Shown: positions 22,492 through 33,873 of the stretch, one piece after another | Layout of the letters: every line of letters starts with the position of its first letter | Position numbering within the stretch: position 1 is the first letter of the stretch | Assembly (NCBI GenBank): GCA_051599415.1 | Contig: AP039695.1 | Coordinates: 248,001-312,000 of the forward strand | Direction of reading: 5' to 3' | DNA length: 64,000 nucleotides | Source of the DNA: Savitreella phatthalungensis | Lineage: Eukaryota | The notes under the pieces: model-generated | Seen by the model: only the letters and a program-made list of their open reading frames with translations | What the model was told of the DNA's origin: nothing | Databases searched by the model: none | Position numbers and translations under genes: made by a program

Positions 22492-24123
22492 ATGAGACTG
22501 GTCAGTTGGAACATCAATGGGATACGACGGATCGCGAAGGATCAAGAGCGGCGGGGACTACGACGATTTGCAGACGTATTGAGCCACTTGGACGGTGACA
22601 TCGTGTGCCTGCAGGAACTCAAATCTGAACGCGCAACATTTGACCCGGCATTCGTAGATGTCGATGGCTGGCGGAGTTACTTCACATTCCCGGTCGACAA
22701 GAAGGCGTACTCCGGCGTCGCAATCTACGTCCGCGAGCCGTACAAGCCGCTTCTCATCGAGACTGCTATCTGCGCACCCAGCTACGACAGAATAGCACAA
22801 GACCTGATAGGGGGGTCTATCATTGGCGATTACCCCACAACTATCCACGTGAACGATCAGAGAGCAATCGACCGCGAAGGCAGGAGTATCGTTCTAGATT
22901 TTGGCGGATTTGTGCTCTTCGGACTATACTGTCCTGCAGGCGCAGAGTCGGAAGAGCGCGTTGCATACAGGCAGCTGTTCTGGCGCGCGCTGGATGAGCG
23001 ACTGCGTAATCTCGTCCGCTCAGGTCGCGAGGTCGTGGTCATGGGCGACCTGAATGTAATCAGCTCAGCAATCGACTCCGTCGAGGCTGACCCGAAAGAG
23101 TATCATTACGACCACCTCGGCCCGGTGTCTCGGTTGTTCCGGAACCTGACGACGGAAGGAGTGACAGCGCTCGACGTCACTGGCAACCTCATGTCTACCC
23201 TTGTCCCACTATCGTCCTCAGGTCCGGGCGAGCGCGGAGCCATCTTCAAGGACACAGGCAGGTACTTCCACCCGGACCGGGAAGGTATGTATACTTGCTG
23301 GTCAGTCAAGCTATCCGCTCGAGCCGGAAACTACGGCAGCCGGATAGATTACGTGCTCGCAACCAACAAACTCATGCGGTACTTTGTCAGCGCGGATATT
23401 CGCCCGGATGTCGAAGGATCCGATCACTGCCCCGTGTACGCAGAGCTCGACGAAAGTGCAGTCGAGCCTTCGCTCCTCGTCAACGTTGCCGACGCAGACG
23501 ACGTGCGCGAGAGCAATTTCGTCGGCAACCAGCGCAAGCTGACATCGCTCTTCGGTAGGACATCCAGTCAGTCAGGATCACAGCCTGCGGCGATATCAAG
23601 TACCCAGCAGACGAGTACCCAATTGTCGAGTCCGTCATCACAGCCGTCAAAGCGTAAGGACGTGGAGACAGACACAACACTGAGTGAACCGGCACAGAAG
23701 AAGCAAGTGCGATCAATTGCCTCGTTCTTCGGGCAATCCAGTCCAGGGAAACCGGATGTCGCAATAGAGCCCGTAAATAAGAAAGCGCCATTGAAACGGC
23801 AAGGCTCTTCGGCATTGGACGCCAACAGGGTGACTGCTGATGAGGCTCTTACAGTACAAGAGATGAGTCCCACTGCAGCGGTCACATCGGCGGGTCCGCG
23901 GATACGAGAGCGCACAGACACGGTCGAAGATCGTCTTGCGACTGCACAAAAATTCAACTCTCTCTTCACGAAGCCAGAAGTGCCCGTCTGCTCAGGACAC
24001 AACCTCCCTGCAAAACTGCAGAAGACAAAGAAGAAAGGACCGAACGAAGGCAGGGAGTTCTGGATGTGTCCTGTTGATCTGGGCAAAGGGCAATGTACAT
24101 TCTGGCGGTGGCGGAAGCGGTAG
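22492..24123 (+). CDS. APN2: AP endonuclease 2 (ExoIII family) with GRF zinc finger
   Basis: MRLVSWNINGIR, LQELK, YSGVA, GDLN, GSRIDY and GSDHCPV. PIP-like QRKLTSLF and QVRSIASFF. C-terminal C..H...GPNEGREFWMC...CTFWRW. Confidence 0.96.
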   Translation: MRLVSWNINGIRRIAKDQERRGLRRFADVLSHLDGDIVCLQELKSERATFDPAFVDVDGWRSYFTFPVDKKAYSGVAIYVREPYKPLLIETAICAPSYDRIAQDLIGGSIIGDYPTTIHVNDQRAIDREGRSIVLDFGGFVLFGLYCPAGAESEERVAYRQLFWRALDERLRNLVRSGREVVVMGDLNVISSAIDSVEADPKEYHYDHLGPVSRLFRNLTTEGVTALDVTGNLMSTLVPLSSSGPGERGAIFKDTGRYFHPDREGMYTCWSVKLSARAGNYGSRIDYVLATNKLMRYFVSADIRPDVEGSDHCPVYAELDESAVEPSLLVNVADADDVRESNFVGNQRKLTSLFGRTSSQSGSQPAAISSTQQTSTQLSSPSSQPSKRKDVETDTTLSEPAQKKQVRSIASFFGQSSPGKPDVAIEPVNKKAPLKRQGSSALDANRVTADEALTVQEMSPTAAVTSAGPRIRERTDTVEDRLATAQKFNSLFTKPEVPVCSGHNLPAKLQKTKKKGPNEGREFWMCPVDLGKGQCTFWRWRKR

Positions 24124-24495
24124 TCACGCCAGCTTGAGCAGGAGAGTGTGAAAATTCCACAGGATATATTGTCACGAGTAATGAGATCGGAATGACCCGG
24201 TATCGGTGGTTCCAGCTATATATAATCATGAGATGTCGATGGCCAAGATGTTCCCTTCCGCTCGGTAGCAAGGTGTTTGTCTGAATTCTGTCCTTCCAGA
24301 CGGTCATTGTGCATGCGGAGAAATCCGTGCACGTCTAAATCCAAGATCAAGCAAACGAGAGCGAGCAAGAGAAGCAAGCACTTCATCGGCAGAGCCTTTC
24401 AGTAGGACTGCTGATCGTTTCCCCGACATCAATCCCTCGACGTCTCTGCCAGATGCGGTGATCTTCTTCAACATCTCTTCTTGAAGCTTTCAGCG

Positions 24496-24873
24496 ATGGA
24501 TAGCACAGCGCGCGCTATCGATCACAGCCCATCGACGCCATTCGCGGACGGCGGGCGAGGCGGGAGCGGTCATGTCGGCAGCAGTTCGAGTGCAGGTGCG
24601 ACTGCGCTGCACGACCTCTTGACGCCGGAGGAAAAGAAGCAGAACCACATCCTGTCAGAGAAGAAGCGCCGTGAAGGGATCCGGAACGGGTTCGTGACGC
24701 TGACGGAACTCGTGCCGGGTTTGACGCCAGCAAAGTCAAAGTCAGAAGCACTCGTACTACGAGCCACCATCGACTACCTTGATGTTCTCCACGATGAGCG
24801 ACAGAAACTAGAGAGAGAGCTCGCTGAGCTCAAGCGCGGCAGCGGCAGCGGCGGCGGAAGCGTGGCCGGTTGA
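24496..24873 (+). CDS. Small bHLH(-ZIP) transcription factor, Ino4/Mlx-like
   Basis: LLTPEEKKQNHILSEKKRREGIRNGFVTLTELVPGL...SEALVLRATIDYL followed by a leucine-zipper-like helix. First ATG at 24496. Confidence 0.88.
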   Translation: MDSTARAIDHSPSTPFADGGRGGSGHVGSSSSAGATALHDLLTPEEKKQNHILSEKKRREGIRNGFVTLTELVPGLTPAKSKSEALVLRATIDYLDVLHDERQKLERELAELKRGSGSGGGSVAG

Positions 24874-25348
24874 CCAAAAAAGTTAAGCGAGGTACGTAAA
24901 ACGACATTACAACACGATGACACACAGATGGGCCAATGTGGCTGGTTCGTCCGCGGCATGGCTGACACGGCTTCACCTGGAGCTACACTCTCGACTTGGC
25001 CCGGAATCTGATAATGCACGCCACGGCAAGGCAGGTAAGTGCAACACTAATCGCGGACTGCGCCATGCGCGTATGAGCGATCTTGGTCTATGTGGCTATA
25101 ATTACTTTCGCCGACCGATTGGCACTTCCGGCGAATCGGGCGCATGCGATTGTCAGTCGCGGTACAAGCACATGTATGCACACGGTAGCACGCATCGGTC
25201 ATGCTCACCTCAATACTCAGGCAGCTCGATGGACTACAGACGGCGACACATCGAGCTCACAGAAGCGCGTCTCCTTGAAGACTGAGGCACTCACTCAGCA
25301 GCTTGCGTCCTAAGGATCTGTACACTGAGCTGTAGCTTTAGGTAATTG

Positions 25349-25387
25349 TGCACGTGCATTACCCAGGATTGTAATATGCACGTGCAT
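25349..25387. promoter_or_regulatory. Tandem palindromic E-boxes upstream of NOP2
   Basis: TGCACGTGCA at 25349-25358 and ATGCACGTGCAT at 25376-25387, each preceded by GTAAT. Confidence 0.6.
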
Positions 25388-25558
25388 TCTGAATCAGTGA
25401 ACGTCAATTAACTTCGTGCCTGGAGTATCTGGCTCACGATCACCATTGTAACCGTACACACCATCTGACTACCTTGTAGGCTCCCGGTATATACTACCTC
25501 CTCGTTTGTAGACAGATCAAGCGTACGTTCGACCGGTCAGACGGGCAAAGCTTCGAAC

Positions 25559-27739
25559 ATGGGTCGGAGACAGCGTAACAAGCAGGCAGATCCACCGTCG
25601 TTTGATGCTGTGGGGAAGAAGCCACAGAAGGGCAAGACATATAGTGCTGCTAATACAGCTGCTGCCGCCGCTAACAAGAAGCGCAAGCTCGATCATGGTC
25701 CTTCGTCTAATGCTGCAGCACCGACAAAGCGGCAGGCAAACGGCTCAAAGTCGACATCAGCAGCACCACAGCCGTCTCGAAAAGGCATCCCTGCACCCGC
25801 GCCAGCAGACAGCGGCGACTCGGATGATGCGGAGACTGATGACTTTGCAGGCTTCGATGACGAAGATGAAGGATCAGCGGACGATGACGATGCCGAGGAC
25901 GATGATGTGGTGGCTGTTGAGCGGAAAGCGTTGTTCGACTCTGACTCTGATCCCGAGAGTGAGATTGACGAAGAGGATGACGATTTCCTCGCAGATGGGA
26001 GCGATGTGAACGATGAAGAGGTGATGCAGTCTGACGAGGATGAGGAGACGGCTGAACGTGGACTGTTCTCCGATAGCGATGATGAGGAGGAACTGACGTT
26101 GGCAAATATGGAGGCAATGTCGCGCAAGATCGACGCGCGCGCTGCTGAAGATGCAGAGCTCGCGGAGCAGGAAATGCAGGAGGTTGGCATGCGCGGACCG
26201 AAGGTGCTGCCTGATGCAGAGGAGGAGGCTGAGGCTGCGGAGGCGCGTGCGGAAGGCGATGACGACCTGTCGGTGGTGTCTGGGCGGTTGCAGGACGTCG
26301 TGCGCGTGCTCGGGGACTTCAAGCAGCTGGGTGAGCCAGGGAGGTCCCGGTCAGACTATCTGGAACAATTCGAGCGCGACGTTCGGACGTACTTCGGGTA
26401 CTCTGAATACCTCGCCTCCAGATTCTGCGAGTTCTTCCCGCCAGCAGAAGCACTTGCCTTCTTCGAGGCGAACGAGACCCCACGTCCGATCGTCATCCGC
26501 GTCAACACACTCAAGACGACCAAGCGGGAGCTCTCGAAGGCGCTGATCGATCGGGGCGTCAACCTGGGCGAGGTTGGAAAGTGGACGAAATGCGCGCTCC
26601 AGATCTACGAATCATCCGTTCCAATCGGCGCAACGCCGGAGTACATGGCAGGACACTACATCCTTCAGGCAGCTTCCTCACTCGTTCCCGTGCTCGCGCT
26701 TCAGCCGCAGGCAGGCGACAAGGTGCTCGACATGGCGTCTGCTCCCGGTGGCAAGACTTCCTTCCTTGCGCAAGAGATGGAGAATGCCGGTGTGGTCGTG
26801 GCGAACGAGGTGTCGAAGCGTCGGCAGAAGGCTCTTGTGGGCAACGTCGTCCGACTCGGGTGCAAGAACGTGGTGTGTGTTGGGTTCGACGGGCGCGAAT
26901 TTGGCTCGGCTGACGGCAAGACAGGACTTGGACTCTTCGACAAAGTCCTCCTCGACGCACCCTGCTCAGGTACAGGCGTCATCCACAAGGACCCATCAGT
27001 CAAGACAAACCGAACGGAGAAGGATTTCCGCGTCGTCTCCCAGCTCCAGCGACAACTCCTCCTTTCTGCAATCGACGCCACCAAGGTCGGCGGCGTGGTC
27101 GTGTACTCGACGTGTTCAGTGATGCCGGACGAGGACGAGATGGTTGTGGACTATGCGCTGCGGAATCGCGAGATCAAGCTTGAGCCAGTGTCTGAGTATG
27201 TGTCAATCGGCGAGCCTGGCCTAGTCAAGTTCCGCCAGAAGGCCTTCCACAGAGACCTCCACCTCACCAGGAGGTACTACCCACACGTCCACAATATGGA
27301 CGGTTTCTTCGTCGCCAGGATCAGGAAGATCGGTAAGGGCAAGGCGGCCACGCCTGCGGCGCTTCGCAAGGGTGCTCAAGTCGAGACTGCACTGGCGGAT
27401 GACGATGATGCAGCGTCTGCTTCAGACGTCGCTTCTGATGACGATGATGTCGCTGTAGCACCACGCAAGTCCGTCTTTGAGGAGAGTGGGGAGGATGCAG
27501 CGATGATTGCGACGTCACGCAGAGCGCAGTTGAAGAAGCGCGGGATGGATCCACGATCGCGAATGCGCGGATCCACTGGCAAGGTCGCAGTCGAGAGCAA
27601 TGCTGAAGACTTGGCAGATAGGCCGACCGCACCAAAGGGAGGACGCAAGGCTCCCAAAAAGTCAGTACTCGACCCTTCAGCCAACAAGAAACGTCCCGCT
27701 GTCGTGGACTGGTCGAAACAGAAGCCGACGACCAAGTGA
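25559..27739 (+). CDS. NOP2: 25S rRNA m5C methyltransferase Nop2
   Basis: Acidic N-terminus. Motifs IGATPEYMAGHYILQ, LDMASAPGGKT, LLDAPCSGTG, VYSTCS and HNMDGFFVA. Confidence 0.97.
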   Translation: MGRRQRNKQADPPSFDAVGKKPQKGKTYSAANTAAAAANKKRKLDHGPSSNAAAPTKRQANGSKSTSAAPQPSRKGIPAPAPADSGDSDDAETDDFAGFDDEDEGSADDDDAEDDDVVAVERKALFDSDSDPESEIDEEDDDFLADGSDVNDEEVMQSDEDEETAERGLFSDSDDEEELTLANMEAMSRKIDARAAEDAELAEQEMQEVGMRGPKVLPDAEEEAEAAEARAEGDDDLSVVSGRLQDVVRVLGDFKQLGEPGRSRSDYLEQFERDVRTYFGYSEYLASRFCEFFPPAEALAFFEANETPRPIVIRVNTLKTTKRELSKALIDRGVNLGEVGKWTKCALQIYESSVPIGATPEYMAGHYILQAASSLVPVLALQPQAGDKVLDMASAPGGKTSFLAQEMENAGVVVANEVSKRRQKALVGNVVRLGCKNVVCVGFDGREFGSADGKTGLGLFDKVLLDAPCSGTGVIHKDPSVKTNRTEKDFRVVSQLQRQLLLSAIDATKVGGVVVYSTCSVMPDEDEMVVDYALRNREIKLEPVSEYVSIGEPGLVKFRQKAFHRDLHLTRRYYPHVHNMDGFFVARIRKIGKGKAATPAALRKGAQVETALADDDDAASASDVASDDDDVAVAPRKSVFEESGEDAAMIATSRRAQLKKRGMDPRSRMRGSTGKVAVESNAEDLADRPTAPKGGRKAPKKSVLDPSANKKRPAVVDWSKQKPTTK

Positions 27740-27867
27740 TGTAGAAGAAGTGAGGTCAAAGGGTACAAGCATGTAGGTAATGAGAACACACACCCAGTCA
27801 CACGGTCATTCAATGCATGAGGTCAAAGATTAGGACTACAAATTGACGAAGGTGTGATTGGAAACGT

Positions 27868-30800
27868 TCAACGACCGCCGGACAGGAGGAAGTCGGTAGC
27901 TCGGCCTAGATCGTAATTGAATCGCTCGAGCGCATCGACGGATTGCTGTCGATCGAAACCCATATCCATGAGCTCTGTGAGCATTGGGTCGTCTGCCATC
28001 GAGCTCGGTGGTGCTCTTGAGATTGGTGGCTTGCTGGGTGGAGGACTTGTGAGTCCTTGGCCATGGCGGTGGGATGGTGCTGGGGGAGGTGGGGACCGGG
28101 TCGCGTCCGGATTTTGTGTGGAGGTGGAGGGGGCGGCAAAGTCAATCCCGCCAAATCCCATCGACGCAGGCGGTGCTTGGCTAGAGCCAGATCCAGCTCC
28201 CGCGGCTGCACCTCCCGAACTCAACATGCTCGAGTAGTGGGCGTACTCTGAAAAGTCACGAGCCGGAGAGTCTTGAGCGACGTTGCTTGCGAAGGGCTGC
28301 TGAGGAGTTTGTAGTATGGTGGATCCGCTGGTCGTCAGACCGTTACTGCCAGAAGAGCTCGGTGGGAAGGGGTTGTTGAGCTTGCGCGCGCTGTTGTGTT
28401 GTGGCGAGGGGGCGTCGAAGGGTTGATCAAAGTCAGAAGTCACATATGACTGGTTGAGTTCGTCATCTTCTTCGTCTCCTTCATCAGCCTCCTCGAGGTC
28501 ATCAAACTCATCGAACTCGTCTTTGTCTGCGGCAGAGGCCGAAGCTGCGATCGGTCCGCTGACTGCAGTGACGAAGGACGATGTGGTCGTCGGCGCTGTC
28601 ACGGCTTCCGGCACTTCGGCAACGGCCTTGGTGGCGACGGCAGTCGGCTCGACTGGCTGCGAGAGTGCCGCGTTGGGCGCTATGACTGGTGTGGGTACTG
28701 GTTCTACCGAGCCCCTGATCGAGGTGGTCTCGCCAATTGCTGAGCTGGAAGGTGCTGTGGTGGAAGCCGTACCGCCGCCGAAGAAGTTCATCCCACGCGG
28801 CTGCTCCGGACCGTCGTCTTCATCGTCACTCGAATCAAGCTCAATGGTTTCGGCTGGTCGGGCGCCGGTAGCTTCTTCGACTGTGTCGGAAACTGGCTCT
28901 TCGACAGTCTTTACTGAAGGCTGCTGAGGCTTTGGTGTCGCTGAGCCCTCGAGCTCGTCTGGAATCGTCTCGCGCGGCTGATCGCCCGAGATGCTCGCAG
29001 GCTCGACGACTTCTTTGCCCTTTGCGGAAGAAGTGTGCTGCGAAGCCGCAAGCCCTACGGCGCCAGCTCCTGCAGCGACAGCGGCTCCACCAACGGCGAC
29101 AGCCTTTGTCGGGATTGCGCCTGGTACTGGCAATCCTGGAGACGTAACGCGCTGCGGCGTGCTTGCATCGAACGGTGGCGGGATCGCTCTATCGCTGTCG
29201 TGCGGTGGCGATGAGAGGATCTGCTGGACGTCTTTAGCTGCGACAGGCTTCTCTAGCTCTTCTTCATTCGTCGCGGACTGGAACGGCGCGGAAGTGGTTG
29301 TAGTTCCCATGATCTGCCGGTCGGAGGATGACGGCGGAATCGAGTCTGCAGGTGTTGAAATCGACATCGACGCAGGCGTAAGTGGACGCGAGTCGTAGAC
29401 GGTTGTGTTCCGACCCGACTCGGAAGGCTCAACCTGGACAGACGTGTTGACCGAGCCATTATCACTCATGCCAGAGCTAATCACGAGATTGTTCACCGCC
29501 GCAGGCATTGGCTTCGCGACTCCAGGCGAAGCGATGCGTGCGTCCTTCTCGCTAGGGTCTGCATTGCTCCAGACCTGAGGTGGGATCGGCTTCGGGCTGA
29601 CGATCTTGGTTGGCGCGGAGGTTGAAGCAGCGTCGATCGGTGCAGCGACAGCCTGATCGTTTGTTTGGTCGGCAAGCACTGGCGGGAGAGCCTCCTCAGC
29701 GGAACGAGCAGCTGGTACTTCGGACGGATTAGATATAGAGGCTGTCGCAAACGGACCTGTCGGCGCGCGAGTTTGCGTCAGCTCGTGAACGCCTAATGCA
29801 GCGGCTGCTGCAACGCCTACGCCTGCAGCGGCGCCGCCTGCGGCTGCGGCGCGCGAGAAGGGAAAGGCTGGGCCGCTGCTCGGTGCGGCGGACGGGCTGA
29901 ATGGTGATGAGACCTTGCGGTCGACGTTACCTCCTCGGTGGAATGGGTTGGTGGATGTCGATGCTGTGGACAGAGCAGGAGATATGATGGCAGATCGCTT
30001 TTGCTCTTCGTTGGCGCGAGCACGTTCCTCCTCGATAGCTCTGTTGCGCTCCTGTTCGGCAGCCAGCAGTCGCTCATCCTCGATCGACTTGTTGACCTTT
30101 GTGCGGTCCGCCTCGATCGTATTGAGCTGCTTCGTGTTGATGGCAACAAGGCCACGCTGCTGCTTTGCCTCTTTCTGCAGCTTCTCAAGCGTGGCTTTGA
30201 GAGCAGTTGTCTCATCGTTGGCAGCCTTAATCTTTTGCTTGATGGCGACATTCTCAGCCCGATCTTTTTGGAGTTGCGCATCGAGTTGTTCATGTTGCTG
30301 CTTGACCGCTCCAAGGGAGGCTTCCAACAACGAGGCCTCGTTTGACAGCTCTTTGTTCTCGGCGCGCAGCTTGACCTGCTCCTGCTGCAGTGTACGCACA
30401 GTCTTGACCTCCTCGTCGTATAGCTGGCGAATTTGTGCCAATCGGTTGGAGACTTCAGTCTTTTGGGTGCGAAGACGTTCTAGGTCGGCCTGAGTGTCGA
30501 CACGCTCCTTCTTCACGGTATTGCTCTGCGCGCTTAAAGATGAGATCTGATTGGAGAGGTTGGCAAGCTCGGTGGTGTCGTTGCTCAGCGACCTTGACTC
30601 GGTTGGCTCGGCATCGTCGAGAAGGTCGCGCTCAATATGTGGTGCACGAGTAGTAGGGGCGGGTGCAGGCACAGGGACGGCCAAGGGGACCGGCGGTGCT
30701 GGCCTGTGCTGTTGCTGCAGCACTTGACCGAAGCTCGATGTGGGCACAAAAGCGCGTGGCGCCGAGTTTCCGAAATTGTCTGTGAAAGCGGCTGCCGGAG

Positions 30801-32139
30801 GAGATTTGGAGGGCACTGGTGCAGCAAAGTCGTCATTTAGTCCAAAGAGATCAGCTGCGGCCGAAGATGGCTGCTGCTGTGGCTGTTGCTGAGCCTCGGC
30901 AACCGCAGCTGCCGTTGGCACTTGCACTTTGGCACGCATTGAAGGCGGGATCAGCGAGGCAGGTAGCATCCTCGGAAGCTCACTTCCGCCAAGACGACCC
31001 TTGATGAGATGCATTGCGACTGCAAAGGTATCGCGGTTCAAGGTACCGGTGTTTTCGACGTCAGAGAGATCCCACACGAGGGCAAGCTCATCCTCTGGCA
31101 GCTTGGACTGCAAGAAGAAGGTGACGGCTTGGTCTCCACTGATAGTGCCGGCGTCGCCCTTGTCGATGTCAGAGAAAAGGTTGTCATAGTTGGCCTTTTC
31201 ATGTGGCTTGACATCCCACTCGCCGAGGACAACGGAAGCAGTTGGAGCATGTCTTGCAGCCTGCTGAGCTGTCGGCGAAAGCAACTGTGATTGCTGCTGC
31301 TGCTGCTGCTGTTGCTGTAGCTGTGGAGAGCCACGCCCCGGTGGGCCTGTCAGTTGCGAGCGGACTGGAACTGCTGCTCGCGGGGAAGCATACTGTGAAT
31401 TGACCGAGTCCTGAGATGCAAAGCTGGAGGTCGATGGTTGCTGACGAGCTTGTCGCGCAGACGTAGGACCTTTTGCGGCCGCCTCGAACAATCCCGATGG
31501 CAGAGCCTGCGGGATAGCCTTCATCGAGCCGTTCATCGTGGATTGTATCAGGTGCATAGCGATGATGAATTCTGTGGAATCGAGTGCGCCACGTCTGCGA
31601 GTGTCTGCCAGGTTCCAAATCCCGCCGAGCTGCTCGTTGCTCAGGTTCGCCTTTCCAAAGACGTCTCGCGCTCTTTCTCCCTCCAGAAGCTCGTCATTTG
31701 GACTGATAGCTTGCCACGTGCCAAAGTAGCGAGCACGCTCTTCAGGCGTCAGGGTAGGCACGACGCTGCGCGACTTGGGTGGTGGCGGACCGGCAGATGT
31801 TCTCGGCAGTTCTACACCGTCGAATCGTGGTAGAGGTCCTGGCTGCCTGGCAAGCGATGCTTCTGGTGATCTGCCATTCTGGCACTGACCTATTAGACGA
31901 AGTGCGACGGAGAACGACTGAGGTGTCAAGAAGCCAGTGTTTTCTGTGTCACTCAACTCCCAGATCTGTCCAAGGACGGAGGGCGGGAGACCGGATTTCT
32001 CAAAGAACTTGACTGCATGTTCTCCAGTGAGTACGCCAAGTTGTTCTGTATCTGCCTGCTTGAATAGACCCCCAAAATACTTCTTCTCCTCGGCCGTCAG
32101 GGAAGAGGACGAGGAGGAGGAGGGATTTGCAGAAGACAT
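27868..32139 (-). CDS. EDE1: Eps15-like endocytic scaffold Ede1
   Basis: Three EH domains (LGQIWELSD, LGGIWNLAD, LALVWDLSD), central coiled coil, NPF motifs and C-terminal UBA (LMDMGFDRQQSVDALE). Confidence 0.95.
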   Translation of the reverse strand: MSSANPSSSSSSSLTAEEKKYFGGLFKQADTEQLGVLTGEHAVKFFEKSGLPPSVLGQIWELSDTENTGFLTPQSFSVALRLIGQCQNGRSPEASLARQPGPLPRFDGVELPRTSAGPPPPKSRSVVPTLTPEERARYFGTWQAISPNDELLEGERARDVFGKANLSNEQLGGIWNLADTRRRGALDSTEFIIAMHLIQSTMNGSMKAIPQALPSGLFEAAAKGPTSARQARQQPSTSSFASQDSVNSQYASPRAAVPVRSQLTGPPGRGSPQLQQQQQQQQQSQLLSPTAQQAARHAPTASVVLGEWDVKPHEKANYDNLFSDIDKGDAGTISGDQAVTFFLQSKLPEDELALVWDLSDVENTGTLNRDTFAVAMHLIKGRLGGSELPRMLPASLIPPSMRAKVQVPTAAAVAEAQQQPQQQPSSAAADLFGLNDDFAAPVPSKSPPAAAFTDNFGNSAPRAFVPTSSFGQVLQQQHRPAPPVPLAVPVPAPAPTTRAPHIERDLLDDAEPTESRSLSNDTTELANLSNQISSLSAQSNTVKKERVDTQADLERLRTQKTEVSNRLAQIRQLYDEEVKTVRTLQQEQVKLRAENKELSNEASLLEASLGAVKQQHEQLDAQLQKDRAENVAIKQKIKAANDETTALKATLEKLQKEAKQQRGLVAINTKQLNTIEADRTKVNKSIEDERLLAAEQERNRAIEEERARANEEQKRSAIISPALSTASTSTNPFHRGGNVDRKVSSPFSPSAAPSSGPAFPFSRAAAAGGAAAGVGVAAAAALGVHELTQTRAPTGPFATASISNPSEVPAARSAEEALPPVLADQTNDQAVAAPIDAASTSAPTKIVSPKPIPPQVWSNADPSEKDARIASPGVAKPMPAAVNNLVISSGMSDNGSVNTSVQVEPSESGRNTTVYDSRPLTPASMSISTPADSIPPSSSDRQIMGTTTTSAPFQSATNEEELEKPVAAKDVQQILSSPPHDSDRAIPPPFDASTPQRVTSPGLPVPGAIPTKAVAVGGAAVAAGAGAVGLAASQHTSSAKGKEVVEPASISGDQPRETIPDELEGSATPKPQQPSVKTVEEPVSDTVEEATGARPAETIELDSSDDEDDGPEQPRGMNFFGGGTASTTAPSSSAIGETTSIRGSVEPVPTPVIAPNAALSQPVEPTAVATKAVAEVPEAVTAPTTTSSFVTAVSGPIAASASAADKDEFDEFDDLEEADEGDEEDDELNQSYVTSDFDQPFDAPSPQHNSARKLNNPFPPSSSGSNGLTTSGSTILQTPQQPFASNVAQDSPARDFSEYAHYSSMLSSGGAAAGAGSGSSQAPPASMGFGGIDFAAPSTSTQNPDATRSPPPPAPSHRHGQGLTSPPPSKPPISRAPPSSMADDPMLTELMDMGFDRQQSVDALERFNYDLGRATDFLLSGGR

Positions 32140-32721
32140 CTTTAAGCACGCTCCTGTCAGGCGATCGTGATCGCAGCTGTAAAAAGGAAGCAGTCTATCT
32201 TGGCTACAACTCCGGTCACGTTTGTCACTTGTCTTTGTGACTTCTGACTTGTACTTGAGAGAGCAGATGTGCTTCTAGAGCTAGTGCGACTGTTTGGAAG
32301 ATGAGTGAGTGGATATGTTGATGGTTGACAGAGGAGGTTGTCTGTTGAAAGCCTTCGTCGTCATCGTCCGCGGGAATCTGTGTGCACGTGTATTGAGTTG
32401 ATTTGACCTGGCTCAGATTGAAATTGATTAAAAAGAGAGAGGAATTCGAGAGCAAAATAGTGATCAGCAGCAGGAGTGAAGGGGATCTCAGTTCATCCAC
32501 AGACAGATGCACAGAACCAACAACTAATCGATCGACTCATCATCATGATTATCATCAGCAAGCGAGAGAAGTACAATGAAGGAGCAGTCAAGCCATGGCA
32601 GATTGGGTTTCTTCCGCCAGTAGGATGGTCAGTGAGTCATATGTATGTATACTATATCGTAAAAGGTCGTCGAAGAATGATGTCGAAAAAAGTGAAGACG
32701 TGAGTGGAGAAGGCTTTACGA

Positions 32722-33489
32722 TCAGGATGCAGGCTTGTAATAGCTGCGGCAACAGAGTCCCGCTCCTGCGACTGAAGGTGTATGATCCCTGCGTCTTCCA
32801 AGCAGTGAGTTTAGAACTTCACCAGGCGTCCATCGTTCGTCGGTGATCTCGAAGATGTGACGACTGATGAGACCTTGTGAGTCAAAGTAGAAATGGAATA
32901 GCCCCGTGTATGCATCTCCATGTCCATGGCGAGCAGTTCTCGAGCGTGGTTGGACGACCCTGAATCGCACAATCAGACGCTCGAGCTTCCGACCGCTCCC
33001 GTGGAGTCGATGTGAGTCGACCATCAGGCGCGACTCCGGCCACACCTGTCGGACAGACCAGGTCGATAGACGGGTGAATGCCGAGTAGGCTGTCTTGCCT
33101 CGGATGTCAGGCAGACCGAGTGTCGATGGGAGCAGCTCGAGTGTGATGTTCTCGCTCAGGATGCTAGATGGGAGCGTCCCGTCTTGGAGAAGAGATGGCA
33201 GCTTGTTACTCAGAATGCGCAGCGTCCGACCGATATCATTCGGGTCTTTGCTGTTCGAATTGTCTCCTCGCGGCGCATCAGGTCGTCGGCCAAAGAATGG
33301 CTCATCGGACATCATTGACGGCGGCAGGTCTAGCGAGGAGCGAGTGTAGCGCTGCGTCGAGAGGTGTCGCGCAGAAGGCATCGTTGCCAATGGAGAGGTG
33401 GCTGCCAAGACCACTCTCGTTTTCAAGGGTCTGGTTGCGCGTGCCAGAGGAGAAGATGATGATCGAACGCATCTTGAGCAAAGACTCAT
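32722..33489 (-). CDS. Conserved probably mitochondrial protein, DUF2358/C6orf136-like (NTF2/SnoaL-like)
   Basis: R/S-rich presequence-like N-terminus, IGRTLRILSNKLPSLL, and YTGLFHFYFDSQGLISRH. Family assignment is from recollection of motifs. Confidence 0.6.
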   Translation of the reverse strand: MSLCSRCVRSSSSPLARATRPLKTRVVLAATSPLATMPSARHLSTQRYTRSSLDLPPSMMSDEPFFGRRPDAPRGDNSNSKDPNDIGRTLRILSNKLPSLLQDGTLPSSILSENITLELLPSTLGLPDIRGKTAYSAFTRLSTWSVRQVWPESRLMVDSHRLHGSGRKLERLIVRFRVVQPRSRTARHGHGDAYTGLFHFYFDSQGLISRHIFEITDERWTPGEVLNSLLGRRRDHTPSVAGAGLCCRSYYKPAS

Positions 33490-33873
33490 GACGAATCGAG
33501 TCTAGATCTGGGAGAGCCAAGGCGACCACGTAAGCGATTCCAGAGAAGCTATGCTCCTAGAGATGAGAGTCTTGAGTGTTTGTCTGGGTGTAAGAGGCTG
33601 GCGATCAATATGGTTGTGTCTCCGGGGTGACTTTTTTATTCTCAGATTTTTCCTTGCCTTCAACGTCATTGGTGGAAGGTTATTGTAGGGAAAGGATGTC
33701 AACAACCACGTGACCTTGGTTCAGGATGCACAAAGGCTGATCACTCACGCTTCATCAGGACAAGACATCCTAAGCTGCTTGAGAGGTCAGACGGGGCTAA
33801 TGAAGTCCTTTGAGCGGCGTAGTGGTGTCTCAGAAGCATCATACTGATGTGATCAAGGAGAACAGCGGCTCTG